A DNA stretch of 64,000 bases. Origin: Escherichia phage EI-SP-GF. This document shows, in pieces, positions 29,413-38,260 of the stretch. The DNA is taken from the sequence record OR992645.1; one strand, given 5' to 3'. How positions within the stretch are numbered: position 1 is the stretch's first letter; every line of letters starts with the position of its first letter. The position numbers were made by a program, and so were the translations under genes. The notes beneath the pieces were generated by a model. The model was not told the origin of the DNA. It saw only the letters and a program-made list of their open reading frames with translations, and did no database searches.

Positions 29413-29603
29413 AAGTAAAGTATCTGGCTGAAGGTATGAGTAGGTATTTTACCCTTGGAGAAGAATATTGGCCCTTTACAAGTAACGGCGATGTCTACGT
29501 GAAAGATAATTTCGGTACGCCGTGGTTTTTACACTCTAACGGGTTAGGATATTCTATTTATCGCAGTGCAATGAGTAACACAACCCTTGCAGAGTTTGTA
29601 TAG
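29409..29603 (+). CDS. Small hypothetical protein, paralogue C
   Basis: YFTLGEEYWPF...VKDNFGTPWF; 64 aa. Confidence 0.55.
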   Translation: MKVKYLAEGMSRYFTLGEEYWPFTSNGDVYVKDNFGTPWFLHSNGLGYSIYRSAMSNTTLAEFV

Positions 29604-29613
29604 AGGAGGTAGA

Positions 29614-29985
29614 ATGTTAGTAAAAGGTACCCACACAGTCAAACAGCGTATTGAAGTTGAGATTGATGATTGTGAGCTGAAGCATATTCTACGGTCATGC
29701 TCTAACGTTTTGCTCCTTAGTATTCTCCAGGAGCGAGCGGAGAACGAGTTCTTAAATGCACTGGCAGGCCACCCTGGCGACTTCTGTGTGCGTAAACGTG
29801 GAAATAACAAGCCTTGGCTATGGGAAATTGATGCCAGTTGGGATTACCACAAAAATGAAGGCATAGACGAACCTATCCGAGAGCTAACCGAAAATGAGGT
29901 TCAGATGTATGAAGATGTTTGCCAATGGGCAAAAAGTCAACAGACCTATCTCGATCCCTGGTGGATGATTGAAAATAGTCGTTGA
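29614..29985 (+). CDS. Hypothetical protein
   Basis: ATG 29614 after AGGAGG RBS. Confidence 0.55.
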   Translation: MLVKGTHTVKQRIEVEIDDCELKHILRSCSNVLLLSILQERAENEFLNALAGHPGDFCVRKRGNNKPWLWEIDASWDYHKNEGIDEPIRELTENEVQMYEDVCQWAKSQQTYLDPWWMIENSR

Positions 29986-30010
29986 CAAGAAGTAAGATTA
30001 GATATAAGAT
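29982..30010 (+). promoter_or_regulatory. Sigma70-like promoter (TTGACA-17-TAAGAT)
   Basis: TTGACA 29982-29987; GAGGAG RBS and ATG 30062 downstream. Confidence 0.55.
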
Positions 30011-30061
30011 GCTCCACACAAATAGGGAGTTGATTTTTAAACAATTGAGGAGACTGCTAAA

Positions 30062-30316
30062 ATGAAAATTACTTTGAAGCCAGAATGCGTTGCAAATGAC
30101 CGAGCTTTTAAAGATTGCACACTCGGTGCAATTTATGAAGCAGAGTTTTGTGAGAACCCTCTGGTAAAAGCCCTTCTGGAAGAAGGAACCTGTTTATCAC
30201 AAGAAGAACTTGATGAGTTGGAAAACTCGGCCCAGTGTCTTACCTTTAAAGATGATGAAGGGGATTCTGTCTGGTGCACTGTTAACGAAGTAGTTTTTGT
30301 AAAACCTGAGCATTAA
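30062..30316 (+). CDS. Small hypothetical protein, paralogue 1 of a tandem pair
   Basis: KPECVANDRAFKDCT...FKDDEGDSVWCT matches the next gene. Confidence 0.6.
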   Translation: MKITLKPECVANDRAFKDCTLGAIYEAEFCENPLVKALLEEGTCLSQEELDELENSAQCLTFKDDEGDSVWCTVNEVVFVKPEH

Positions 30317-30319
30317 TAC

Positions 30320-30348
30320 TTGACAATAGAGATGGGGTCTAATATAAT
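30320..30348 (+). promoter_or_regulatory. Sigma70 consensus promoter (TTGACA-17-TATAAT)
   Basis: TTGACA 30320-30325, 17 nt spacer, TATAAT 30343-30348. Confidence 0.7.
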
Positions 30349-30379
30349 GGCCCTATCAAAACGAAAGGAGACCACAGCA

Positions 30380-30652
30380 ATGACCAAACAATATCAACGA
30401 ATTAAAGCCAAGGTTAAGCCAGACTATCTGGAGAAGGACTCTGCTTTTCGGGACTGCACAGCAGACAAAATTTACACAGGGGCCGTCCTGCTAAACGATG
30501 AATTTGAAGTGGATGTGCTAGGTAAGGAGGCTACTATCAAGGATGACCAGGGAGATTATGTTTGTTGCACCACCAGAGAGCTGGAGGTATTAGAATACTT
30601 CGGTGAAATCTTCACCTCTCTTGATGATTACTTAGATGACGAGGAAGCGTGA
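30380..30652 (+). CDS. Small hypothetical protein, paralogue 2
   Basis: ATG 30380 after AAGGAG RBS downstream of promoter; KPDYLEKDSAFRDCT...IKDDQGDYVCCT. Confidence 0.6.
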   Translation: MTKQYQRIKAKVKPDYLEKDSAFRDCTADKIYTGAVLLNDEFEVDVLGKEATIKDDQGDYVCCTTRELEVLEYFGEIFTSLDDYLDDEEA

Positions 30653-31053
30653 TGAAAAACATTTGGGATATTAATATCTTTGAAGCCTCTGAGCTTGACG
30701 GTGCCGATGGAGTTATTATAGTCTCTGATGGAAAGGCAACATTGACCTCTGGACTGACCTATGAGGACACTACCTACGCACTGGGAGATCTTGCCTTGTT
30801 GAAATCCACAGGTGACTCTCTGGAAGAACGTCTGCAAGGATTTGCCTTTAAAGAAGGCACAAGCACCACACTGATGTGCACTACACGCACTGTTCAGTTG
30901 GGCAACGGAGTCTATATGGTCATTGCAGTGTGCCCCAAATTCAGCAACATCAATAAAGATGATGCTGACGCTGTCAACGACGTGGTTGTCCTCTTCGTTG
31001 GTGACGCTATGGCAGATCTGATGAATGCAGGAGAAGCAGCAAATGAAGACTGA
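30649..31053 (+). CDS. Hypothetical protein
   Basis: 134 aa ORF, overlapping start. Confidence 0.55.
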   Translation: MMKNIWDINIFEASELDGADGVIIVSDGKATLTSGLTYEDTTYALGDLALLKSTGDSLEERLQGFAFKEGTSTTLMCTTRTVQLGNGVYMVIAVCPKFSNINKDDADAVNDVVVLFVGDAMADLMNAGEAANED

Positions 31054-31345
31054 AAACATAAACCCAACAGGGTTCTTGAAAGTATACCGTGAACTGCTGT
31101 ATACTACAGAGGACAGTGTTCTAGAGTATCCAGAATACCTTTTGCTGTATAAGTATCTACAGGAAGCTGGTGAAAATCTACCAGTTAGTGCAGAAGGCGG
31201 TCCGAACTGGATATACAGCGCATGGAGAAAGGTTGACATTCTCCCAGATCCAGGAAAAGATATGGTAGTTTGGCAGCTTATCAACAACATCGGGATTCCA
31301 ATCTTTGATGAAGCTGTTAAAATCTATTTTGAACTTGACGATTAA
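31043..31345 (+). CDS. Hypothetical protein
   Basis: ATG 31043 after AGGAGAAG RBS. Confidence 0.5.
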   Translation: MKTENINPTGFLKVYRELLYTTEDSVLEYPEYLLLYKYLQEAGENLPVSAEGGPNWIYSAWRKVDILPDPGKDMVVWQLINNIGIPIFDEAVKIYFELDD

Positions 31346-31362
31346 TATCAGGAGACCTTAAG

Positions 31363-31608
31363 ATGGCTGAAGTAGTTGCTCGCGCAGGACAGAAAGTACG
31401 TTGTGTTGAAGTAGGTTTTGGTGGCAAAGGGTGTCAAAACTTGACTCAAGGTAAGGAATACACTGTTGTTTCTGGTGGTGGTGACGAAAGTATTGTGTTC
31501 GATGACCATATTCTGGATGTTGAAAACTTTGAAATAATTGACGATGATGGTGATCCGATCACCTGCCTGCTGAACGGGAGTTGGGGCACTTTCGAAGTAA
31601 TTGGCTAA
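31363..31608 (+). CDS. Hypothetical protein
   Basis: AGGAGA RBS; 81 aa. Confidence 0.55.
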   Translation: MAEVVARAGQKVRCVEVGFGGKGCQNLTQGKEYTVVSGGGDESIVFDDHILDVENFEIIDDDGDPITCLLNGSWGTFEVIG

Positions 31609-31645
31609 TAAATAGCTGTTGTAATTTACAGAAGGAGATGCTAAA

Positions 31646-32056
31646 ATGGTGTCTCCTTTATGTTGTTCAAATAAAATCGGAGATTCCACAATGGAACAAA
31701 TGAACGATCAAGCGTCGGTTGCGATGAACGAGCAAGAACAACCTCAAGAATTTTTCTTAGGGTTAAGCAAAGATCAAGTGTCTCTTCTGCTGGTACTTTC
31801 TTCTTTTATGGGAAGACTTCAGGAGCTCACACAACAACCAGAGGCTGAACAGTTATTTCAGGCTCTGCGCGAAGAAGAAAAATATCGTCGTTTGGATTAT
31901 GCCTTAGGTTGGGTAGCTCAGCAACGAGATATGCTAATGGCCCTTTCTGGGACGACAAGTTTTGCAATGGGCCTGTTGGCTCAAGTGCAGGACAAATTAA
32001 TTCAAGCAGGGTTTGCACACACAGCAAACACCAACGAAGAACAAGGAGACAAATAA
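31646..32056 (+). CDS. Hypothetical Gln-rich protein
   Basis: GAAGGAGA RBS; 136 aa. Confidence 0.5.
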   Translation: MVSPLCCSNKIGDSTMEQMNDQASVAMNEQEQPQEFFLGLSKDQVSLLLVLSSFMGRLQELTQQPEAEQLFQALREEEKYRRLDYALGWVAQQRDMLMALSGTTSFAMGLLAQVQDKLIQAGFAHTANTNEEQGDK

Positions 32057-33327
32057 TGAGCGTTATTCAACAATTTGCCAACCCGATGAATCCGCGTGAA
32101 ACTGTTTTACTGGCTCACGGTATGATTAAACGTGTCAGCATCAAGCCCATTAAAGGTGCTGATCCTACAACAGGTATTAAAACCACTGTGTGGCAAGGTA
32201 AGAAAATTGAATCCAGCCACACCATCTCTTTACTGATTTCTGAACTGGACTCCTCTGATAACCTGCTCCAAGGTGGTGAAGAAGTTTGGATCAGTATGGG
32301 TGATAAACTGCTTAAGCATGGTCATCAAGACTCCGTCTCTGTTAAAATTGACGACAAGTGGGAAACCGTAACGCCAGGATGGATCGTAAATATCCCTTTG
32401 AAGGCAAACGAGCATAACGGCAAGACCTACTACAAAGGCTCACTGGCTAAAATGGTTAAGTTGGGGGCAGGAGAGGCTCCAGCAGCGCCACAGCAACAAA
32501 AACAGCAACAAGGCACACAATCACAAGGCCAGAAGCAGAAACCTCAGCAGAATGCCAATCAGGACGTTTTACGCATCTATGGTGATGTGACTCAGATTGT
32601 TGGCAACGTGGTTACTGTCAATGATCACAAGATTGGTGAAGGTGCTATGGTTGTCACGGATGAGCAGCTTAAAGACCTGGTGGTAGGTGGTCGTGTTGCA
32701 GCCATTGTTGACAAAGACACCGGAAACATTATCAGTGGTTTCAAAGCCTACCCACCTAAGGCAGAGAACGGTACACAAGGTTCTGGTGGTAAGCGTAAAT
32801 CCTCTTACGACCCCATCGGTGTAGAGACAGGGCACAGTATCAATGCATTGCAGATCATCCTGGATCGCGGGTTTAAGATTGACAGCCCTTTAGATGTGGC
32901 TAAAACACTGCACGTGGTCACCATCGAGCTTAAGAAAGAGTACGCTCAAGCCACTAACCGAACTGAAGATGAAGTAGGTGCCAGTGTTGGTAATGCGGTA
33001 TTGAACGCTTGTCGCCGTATTGACAAGAAAACGAAAGTTGATGATTTTGCAGTAGCAATTACTGCAGAGGCAAAAGATGTCTTGACTAATCTTGCTGAAC
33101 CGTTGTATGATTGGATCAAGAACGGTGCTGGAGCCACTGACCATCAAGAGCCTCAAGCTGCCAAACAGGAAGCCGCCCCACAGCAAAACACTGTAGACGC
33201 TCCTCCTGTAGATGATGCGGAAGACGACCCGATGGATCAGAATCCGGCACAGTACGACTTCTGTGATGACATACCTTTCGCTCCGGTAGGTCTGCAATAT
33301 GGTAAAAGTAGAATCTACGCATTGTAA
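32056..33327 (+). CDS. Putative ssDNA-binding protein with SSB-like acidic DDIPF motif near C-terminus
   Basis: ATG 32056 after AAGGAGA RBS; Q-rich linker; acidic tail [23 protein letters not shown] followed by 16 more residues; OB fold not verified. Confidence 0.6.
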   Translation: MSVIQQFANPMNPRETVLLAHGMIKRVSIKPIKGADPTTGIKTTVWQGKKIESSHTISLLISELDSSDNLLQGGEEVWISMGDKLLKHGHQDSVSVKIDDKWETVTPGWIVNIPLKANEHNGKTYYKGSLAKMVKLGAGEAPAAPQQQKQQQGTQSQGQKQKPQQNANQDVLRIYGDVTQIVGNVVTVNDHKIGEGAMVVTDEQLKDLVVGGRVAAIVDKDTGNIISGFKAYPPKAENGTQGSGGKRKSSYDPIGVETGHSINALQIILDRGFKIDSPLDVAKTLHVVTIELKKEYAQATNRTEDEVGASVGNAVLNACRRIDKKTKVDDFAVAITAEAKDVLTNLAEPLYDWIKNGAGATDHQEPQAAKQEAAPQQNTVDAPPVDDAEDDPMDQNPAQYDFCDDIPFAPVGLQYGKSRIYAL

Positions 33328-33922
33328 GAGGTGCATCAAGTGCGGAGAGGTGAAAAACCTCTCCGAGTTCTACAAACATCCAAAGATGGCTGACGGTCAT
33401 CTTAATAAGTGCAAAGAGTGCTGTAAGAAGGCCAGCAGAGAGGCTGACCAGTTTTCCCACAACTCTTCGGAAAAAGGTGTAATACGCGTGCTGTACAAGT
33501 CTCAAAAGTGCAACAGCAAGCAAAGAGGTCACCCTCCTCCGACTTACACCAAAAAAGAGTTTAAGGAGTGGCTATACCTAAACGGTTACAAAGAGTTGTA
33601 TGATCAGTGGGTAGCCAGCGGATACGACAAAAGGAAAAAGCCTTCTTGTGACAGGATAGATGATTTCAAAGGGTACTCTTTTGATAATATCCGTTTAACG
33701 ACTTGGGGAGAAAATAAAGATAAGCAGACGGAGGATATTCTGTTGCATAGAAGCACCAGCGGTAGACGGTGTAAAAATGTAAGGAGGCTGGACATGAATG
33801 GCAACGTTCTTAAAGAATGGGTATCCCACAATTCTTGCCGAAGAGAAACAGGGATATGTGTTGATTACTACATTCATGAAAAAATTCCAGCTCCCGATGG
33901 ATACCTCTATGAATACTTCTAA
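33299..33922 (+). CDS. HNH_3-like homing endonuclease with zinc ribbon
   Basis: CxxC...CxxC zinc-ribbon-like N-terminus; [27 protein letters not shown]; overlaps 3' end of SSB-like gene by 29 nt. Confidence 0.55.
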   Translation: MVKVESTHCKRCIKCGEVKNLSEFYKHPKMADGHLNKCKECCKKASREADQFSHNSSEKGVIRVLYKSQKCNSKQRGHPPPTYTKKEFKEWLYLNGYKELYDQWVASGYDKRKKPSCDRIDDFKGYSFDNIRLTTWGENKDKQTEDILLHRSTSGRRCKNVRRLDMNGNVLKEWVSHNSCRRETGICVDYYIHEKIPAPDGYLYEYF

Positions 33923-33947
33923 CATTTAGTTAACATAGCCCTGCCCG

Positions 33948-33976
33948 AAAGGGTGGGGCATTTTTGTATAAGGAGA
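33948..33976 (+). terminator. Rho-independent terminator (same hairpin as 23139)
   Basis: GCCCTGCCC-gaaa-GGGTGGGGC followed by ATTTTTG. Confidence 0.7.
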
Positions 33977-33983
33977 TCTAAAA

Positions 33984-34400
33984 ATGACATTAGAAGATAT
34001 CATTGTTAAACCTGAGAACTATGACCGATACAACCTGTCAACTCAATCTGTAGACCTTGGATGCGCCACGGTCAGTGCGTGGCTGGTTAACGGAAAAGAG
34101 CTGGATAAATGCTTAGAAGCTCACATGTCTATTAACAAGTTTCTGGATGAAAATACTCACTGGCTGGAAGGTGCAGGTGTATACGCTTCGTGGCTAGAGA
34201 GTATGGGATTTGACTACCAATCTGAAGAGGGGTGGTGGAGCTATCTGGCTATCTGTCCAGAGACATTGCAATGCTTCATGAAATATTCTGAAGATTTGGA
34301 GTACCGGGCGGTGGTTGACAGTGCTATTGCTCGTTATAGCCGTAAACCTTTTTCCCACGACATTAAAACTGTGGAAGAATTTGTTGAAGTTTTCTGTTGA
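33984..34400 (+). CDS. Hypothetical protein
   Basis: AAGGAGA RBS; 138 aa. Confidence 0.6.
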   Translation: MTLEDIIVKPENYDRYNLSTQSVDLGCATVSAWLVNGKELDKCLEAHMSINKFLDENTHWLEGAGVYASWLESMGFDYQSEEGWWSYLAICPETLQCFMKYSEDLEYRAVVDSAIARYSRKPFSHDIKTVEEFVEVFC

Positions 34401-34426
34401 CACAGGTTGTAAGGTGTGCAATTATA
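34397..34426 (+). promoter_or_regulatory. Possible sigma70-like promoter (TTGACA-18-ATTATA)
   Basis: TTGACA 34397-34402 with A/T-rich -10 candidate. Confidence 0.4.
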
Positions 34427-34496
34427 ACCTTGTTGAGCTGGAGGATGTGATGAACGAAGAAAACTGGGATGTATAACTAACAGGAGGCCACTGCCC

Positions 34497-34694
34497 ATGA
34501 TTTATCGAATCCGTGTGAGAGAAGATGCACCAGGTTGTTACTTTGACTGGCGTGGGTGGTGGTTTCTCCACCCAATGGATGGACTCACAGATAGAATGCT
34601 AGATGCTGCCCTTTACACAGATACTGACATAGAGTATAATCTTTACTTGAAGGATGGTATCGATAACGGCCTGTTTGAAGCAATTCCTGCGTAA
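34497..34694 (+). CDS. Hypothetical protein
   Basis: AGGAGG RBS; 65 aa. Confidence 0.5.
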   Translation: MIYRIRVREDAPGCYFDWRGWWFLHPMDGLTDRMLDAALYTDTDIEYNLYLKDGIDNGLFEAIPA

Positions 34695-34759
34695 GAGAAT
34701 GTGATCGCCATGTTTTATGATCTTCCTGTAGCACCACCTATTGATCCTGGAGAACTACG

Positions 34760-35185
34760 ATGATTTATGAAATGCCAAAACTGATTCGTGACGATGCACG
34801 AAACGCCCACACCTTTATTATGGGCAAGCGCATGGATATTATTTGCCACAAAGACTTCTGGGAAGGAAGCTACTTCACAGAATATTTTGGAAAAATGGAT
34901 GATGGCCTACTGATCCAGTTTTACACCGATGCGGAAAACAACATTAGTTGGGAGTTCGAGACCGAAGATATCCATAAACTTTTCACCTTCCTCGACATTA
35001 AGGTTAAGGCCAAGTTTGAAGAAGGTGAGTGCGACGATTGTGGATTTTATGAGGTAACAGATTTCTATCTTCCGAGCGGTAAAAACCTTTACTATGAAAG
35101 CCACTTCGGTAACTCCAATATGCCACAGTGCTGGACTGAGTTTTTTGAAATTGTGGAAGAGGAGCTGGAATATCGTGATTATTGA
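34760..35185 (+). CDS. Hypothetical protein
   Basis: GGAGAA RBS; 141 aa. Confidence 0.6.
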   Translation: MIYEMPKLIRDDARNAHTFIMGKRMDIICHKDFWEGSYFTEYFGKMDDGLLIQFYTDAENNISWEFETEDIHKLFTFLDIKVKAKFEEGECDDCGFYEVTDFYLPSGKNLYYESHFGNSNMPQCWTEFFEIVEEELEYRDY

Positions 35186-35633
35186 TACTGTAGAGGGAGA
35201 TTTAATCTCCCTTTTTAAGAGCGGTGCTGGTCACCTGATCCACGGTTGTAACTGCTTCCACACAATGGGTAAGGGTGTAGCAAAACAGATTGCCCGTGAG
35301 TTCCCTCAAGCATTGGAAGCTGATAAAATGACTATGCACGGTTGCCTAAGCAAACTGGGCGCGTTCTCCCGCTGGGAGCACTTATCTCCGATAGGTATTG
35401 TCTACGGAATAAATCTGTATACTCAGTTCTACCCAGGGCCTAATGCTGAATATTTCTCAATACTGAAAGGCTTTGAGCGAGTCAATGAAGTATTTGAGGG
35501 GTCGATTTTACCATTCTACATCCCTAAGATCGGGTGCGGCATAGGCGGTTTGAAGTGGGAACATGTAGAGGACATTATTAACCTTGCCACTTTTGATATA
35601 GATATTATAGTGGTGGAGTACAAAGGGTGTTGA
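35175..35633 (+). CDS. Macro domain protein, DarG/Poa1p-like ADP-ribosyl hydrolase family
   Basis: GDLISLFKSGAGHLIHGCNCFHTMGKGVAKQIAREFP and IPKIGCGIGGLKWEHVEDII match the DarG-type macro signature from memory; start GTG 35175 uncertain (in-frame ATG 35094 would overlap upstream gene). Confidence 0.7.
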   Translation: MIIDTVEGDLISLFKSGAGHLIHGCNCFHTMGKGVAKQIAREFPQALEADKMTMHGCLSKLGAFSRWEHLSPIGIVYGINLYTQFYPGPNAEYFSILKGFERVNEVFEGSILPFYIPKIGCGIGGLKWEHVEDIINLATFDIDIIVVEYKGC

Positions 35634-35658
35634 CAGCTATATTTTAAGGTGGTATAGT
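35630..35658 (+). promoter_or_regulatory. Sigma70-like promoter (TTGACA-17-TATAGT)
   Basis: TTGACA 35630-35635, TATAGT 35653-35658; GGGGAG RBS and ATG 35688 follow. Confidence 0.65.
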
Positions 35659-35687
35659 CACCACAACGATTAAGACAGGGGAGCACT

Positions 35688-35882
35688 ATGGAGACTAAAA
35701 TCCTAATTCTAGCTGTGATAGATACAACAGAAGGAGCCATGTTTGAATCTGCAGGAGGGTATTTCTACCTGCCCTATGGAAAAAGAACTTCCGAGCCGAG
35801 TAAAGATTCAATCCTCAAAGTGTTCCCGTGTGCTTTCTGGCTGGAGATTCTGGTAGAAGATTGCAGAGGACTAGGGAGATAA
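35688..35882 (+). CDS. Hypothetical protein
   Basis: 64 aa ORF downstream of promoter. Confidence 0.55.
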   Translation: METKILILAVIDTTEGAMFESAGGYFYLPYGKRTSEPSKDSILKVFPCAFWLEILVEDCRGLGR

Positions 35883-35884
35883 TT

Positions 35885-36079
35885 ATGAGAAACAAGAAAG
35901 AGCTTTACTCTGGTGAGTGGATAAACGATCAACAGGTAGGAGAGGTAACCTGCTTCCGGTGCTTTACTCGGTACAATCTTAAAACTGCACCAAAAAGTGT
36001 TCCAAAGACTGATGGTTATTACATAAAAGAACCCCATTGCCCGAAGTGTAAATGCCGATTATACTGGAGTAACCTGTAA
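35885..36079 (+). CDS. Small zinc-ribbon protein
   Basis: ATG 35885 after GGGAG RBS; CFRCF...CPKCKC. Confidence 0.5.
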   Translation: MRNKKELYSGEWINDQQVGEVTCFRCFTRYNLKTAPKSVPKTDGYYIKEPHCPKCKCRLYWSNL

Positions 36080-36083
36080 AAGG

Positions 36084-36111
36084 TTGACATCTGAAAACTG
36101 CAGTATATAAT
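36084..36111 (+). promoter_or_regulatory. Sigma70 consensus promoter (TTGACA-16-TATAAT)
   Basis: TTGACA 36084-36089, TATAAT 36106-36111. Confidence 0.65.
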
Positions 36112-36142
36112 ACAAACATAGACTAGCAGAGAGGGATAAATT

Positions 36143-36334
36143 ATGGTAATTTTTAATCGAGACGGTATCATAGTTAGACAGCACCCATTCCTTGAATACT
36201 ATCAAGTTGAGCAATGGTGTTACGGGGATTGCAGTCATTCCTATGGGCAAAGTTGGGGATATCGCACAGTTTTTGAATCAACAGACATTGATAAAGTAAA
36301 ACAGAAAGTTTTAGAACTTCTTAACAACAAGTGA
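36143..36334 (+). CDS. Hypothetical protein
   Basis: GAGAGGGA RBS; 63 aa. Confidence 0.5.
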   Translation: MVIFNRDGIIVRQHPFLEYYQVEQWCYGDCSHSYGQSWGYRTVFESTDIDKVKQKVLELLNNK

Positions 36335-36344
36335 GTATCGTACC

Positions 36345-36677
36345 ATGGTAACATTAGAAAGACGTAAAGCTATCGCCGCCACACTGGCAGACATTTTTTG
36401 GGATTGTAATTTAAAATCTACCCGAAATTGTGGCGCATCTGTAGATGTATTATTCCCACGGCCTACTATTGTTGCAATGGGCAACCTGCTCGATGTGGTA
36501 TATGGAGCATGGGACAAGGAAGGTGGATTCTATATCTGGCAACCTGACTACGGGACTTGGAAAGAGGTTAGTGGTTCTACGGACTTCACCCCTGCAGTGG
36601 CTAAAATGGATGGCTGGAAAATCTATGTCGGTAACGACATGGAACTGAAAGGCGAAATTGTTTACTGGTTACCTTAA
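36345..36677 (+). CDS. Hypothetical protein
   Basis: 110 aa ORF. Confidence 0.55.
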   Translation: MVTLERRKAIAATLADIFWDCNLKSTRNCGASVDVLFPRPTIVAMGNLLDVVYGAWDKEGGFYIWQPDYGTWKEVSGSTDFTPAVAKMDGWKIYVGNDMELKGEIVYWLP

Positions 36678-36697
36678 GAAAGTGCAGGAGATAAAGT

Positions 36698-36943
36698 ATG
36701 AACAAAGGGTGGACATTTGTAGACGGCGTTAAAAACATGCCTCTCGGAAAGTATATTGTAGCCATGGCAGATGAGAATGGCAAGGTGGATTTCGGAGTTT
36801 GCGAGATTGTTCTTGCAGGATCTGGTGACTATGCCCACAAAACTGGGATAATTAACGGTCATTTCTACTTTGATTACAACCCTGTCGTGGCGTATATGGC
36901 TATGCCAGAGTTAGAGCTCCCAAAGGAGGGTGCAGATGTTTAA
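36698..36943 (+). CDS. Hypothetical protein
   Basis: AGGAGA RBS; 81 aa. Confidence 0.55.
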   Translation: MNKGWTFVDGVKNMPLGKYIVAMADENGKVDFGVCEIVLAGSGDYAHKTGIINGHFYFDYNPVVAYMAMPELELPKEGADV

Positions 36944-37133
36944 GCTTAAATCTGCATGGAACATTGCTGTGGGTGATGAGATCCGCATTCCGGGTGGGAA
37001 GACCGTTATGAAGATATCCCGTATTGAATACGAAGGAGACCGTGTATTCCACATCTTTGCAGAAGATGGTCGGGAAATTTATGTACAAGCAGGCTCTCAC
37101 ATCTATATCCGTAAGAAAGGGGATGACAAATGA
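36930..37133 (+). CDS. Hypothetical protein
   Basis: AAGGAGGG RBS; 67 aa. Confidence 0.55.
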   Translation: MQMFKLKSAWNIAVGDEIRIPGGKTVMKISRIEYEGDRVFHIFAEDGREIYVQAGSHIYIRKKGDDK

Positions 37134-37459
37134 CAGAGATCATTATTTCAACTGCAGGGTATGTATTCCTGACAATCATTGCTCTGACCATTTTGGTGGC
37201 GGTATATGGATTTGTTATTCTACCTATTCTTGAGACAATTAGTTTGTGTCGGTGTTGGAGAAAGGCTTACGGTCCACAGCCGTGGAGGGACTGGCCCCAC
37301 CTGGTTCGCATAGCGTTCTCTTATGCTTATGATCACGCCAGCAGTGCATGCATAACAGGGTATCACGCTCACAATTGGAACTGGGAAGGGTTGGGTAGAT
37401 GGAATGTTATAAAGACCATACCTCTACGTATGCACAAGCCTAAAAACAAAGACAATTGA
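37130..37459 (+). CDS. Membrane protein (one N-terminal TM helix)
   Basis: Hydrophobic stretch AGYVFLTIIALTILVAVYGFVILPIL; AAGGGG RBS. Confidence 0.55.
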   Translation: MTEIIISTAGYVFLTIIALTILVAVYGFVILPILETISLCRCWRKAYGPQPWRDWPHLVRIAFSYAYDHASSACITGYHAHNWNWEGLGRWNVIKTIPLRMHKPKNKDN

Positions 37460-37480
37460 TACTTGAAAATCCCTGGCACA

Positions 37481-37530
37481 TCAAGTATAAGGAGGATTTC
37501 TAAAATGGATTTCCTCCTTTTGATATTTTA
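37481..37530 (+). terminator. Hairpin plus T-rich tract; candidate terminator closing the replication block
   Basis: AAGGAGG...CCTCCTT inverted repeat followed by TTGATATTTTA. Confidence 0.4.
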
Positions 37531-37770
37531 CCTAGCCGGATATTTTAAAATTCTTAGAAAATCAGAAAATGGATCGAAAACTAAAATGGATTTTTCAAGA
37601 CAGGCGCGATAAGATGTGCTGCTCATTCTATCGTTCGCACCGTACTTTAAGTTACTATTCCAGATTTTCCGCACATACCCTCACCCTTCTACCAGAACTT
37701 TCCCAGCTTACCTTTGACCTTTTATAACAATAAGCCCATTATTCTCAGTAGGTTTTGATACATCTCTCTC

Positions 37771-37858
37771 AGTACTCGATCTGTTTTTCGTTTCAAAGAT
37801 TGAATTTTCTGAAAATTTTTCTCGATAAATTTCTTAGTACTCGATCTGTTTTTCGTTT
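37771..37858. repeat. Direct repeats (23 bp AGTACTCGATCTGTTTTTCGTTT x2, plus degenerate third copy) in non-coding region
   Basis: Identical 23-mers at 37771-37793 and 37836-37858; related CGATTTTTCGTTTTCGG at about 37915. Confidence 0.7.
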
Positions 37859-38060
37859 TCTGAATCAGATTTTCTGGAAATCGTTCCGGAGCTCGACCTG
37901 AAATTTTTGGGGACGAAATCGATTTTTCGTTTTCGGAAATGGATTTTTAAAATTTGTATATGGAAATATTTAAGGAGGTATTATTTTATATAGAATTGTC
38001 ACGGTAGGTAATTAGCATGCTAACTAAATTTATGAAATGCGAAAAGTTCTCATTTAGAAT

Positions 38061-38260
38061 TTTGAATGATAATCATTCTCGTTTGCAGAATAACGGGCAC
38101 CCCCGGTGATTGTCTCCCGGCCCCTGTTGCCCCGGCTTGTTATTATAGTATCACACAGGACAAAGAAAGCAAGGATTTTTTGCATAAATTTTTAAATGAT
38201 AATGATAACCGTTCTCATTTTATGCAGCGCCCATCCCCGGTGGTTGTCTCCCCCGTCACC
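38061..38260. repeat. Duplicated roughly 65 bp GC-rich element
   Basis: Two copies sharing AATGATAAT...TTCTC.TTT...CCCCGGTG.TTGTCTCCC, at about 38061-38130 and 38190-38260. Confidence 0.55.

Noticed and set aside
37771-37858. CRISPR array, considered for the 23 bp direct repeats and for the GTAAACAGT tandem units at 49971-50035
   Set aside because: Only two or three copies, irregular spacing, repeats too short or degenerate, and no cas genes anywhere in the window. Iterons or binding sites are more plausible.
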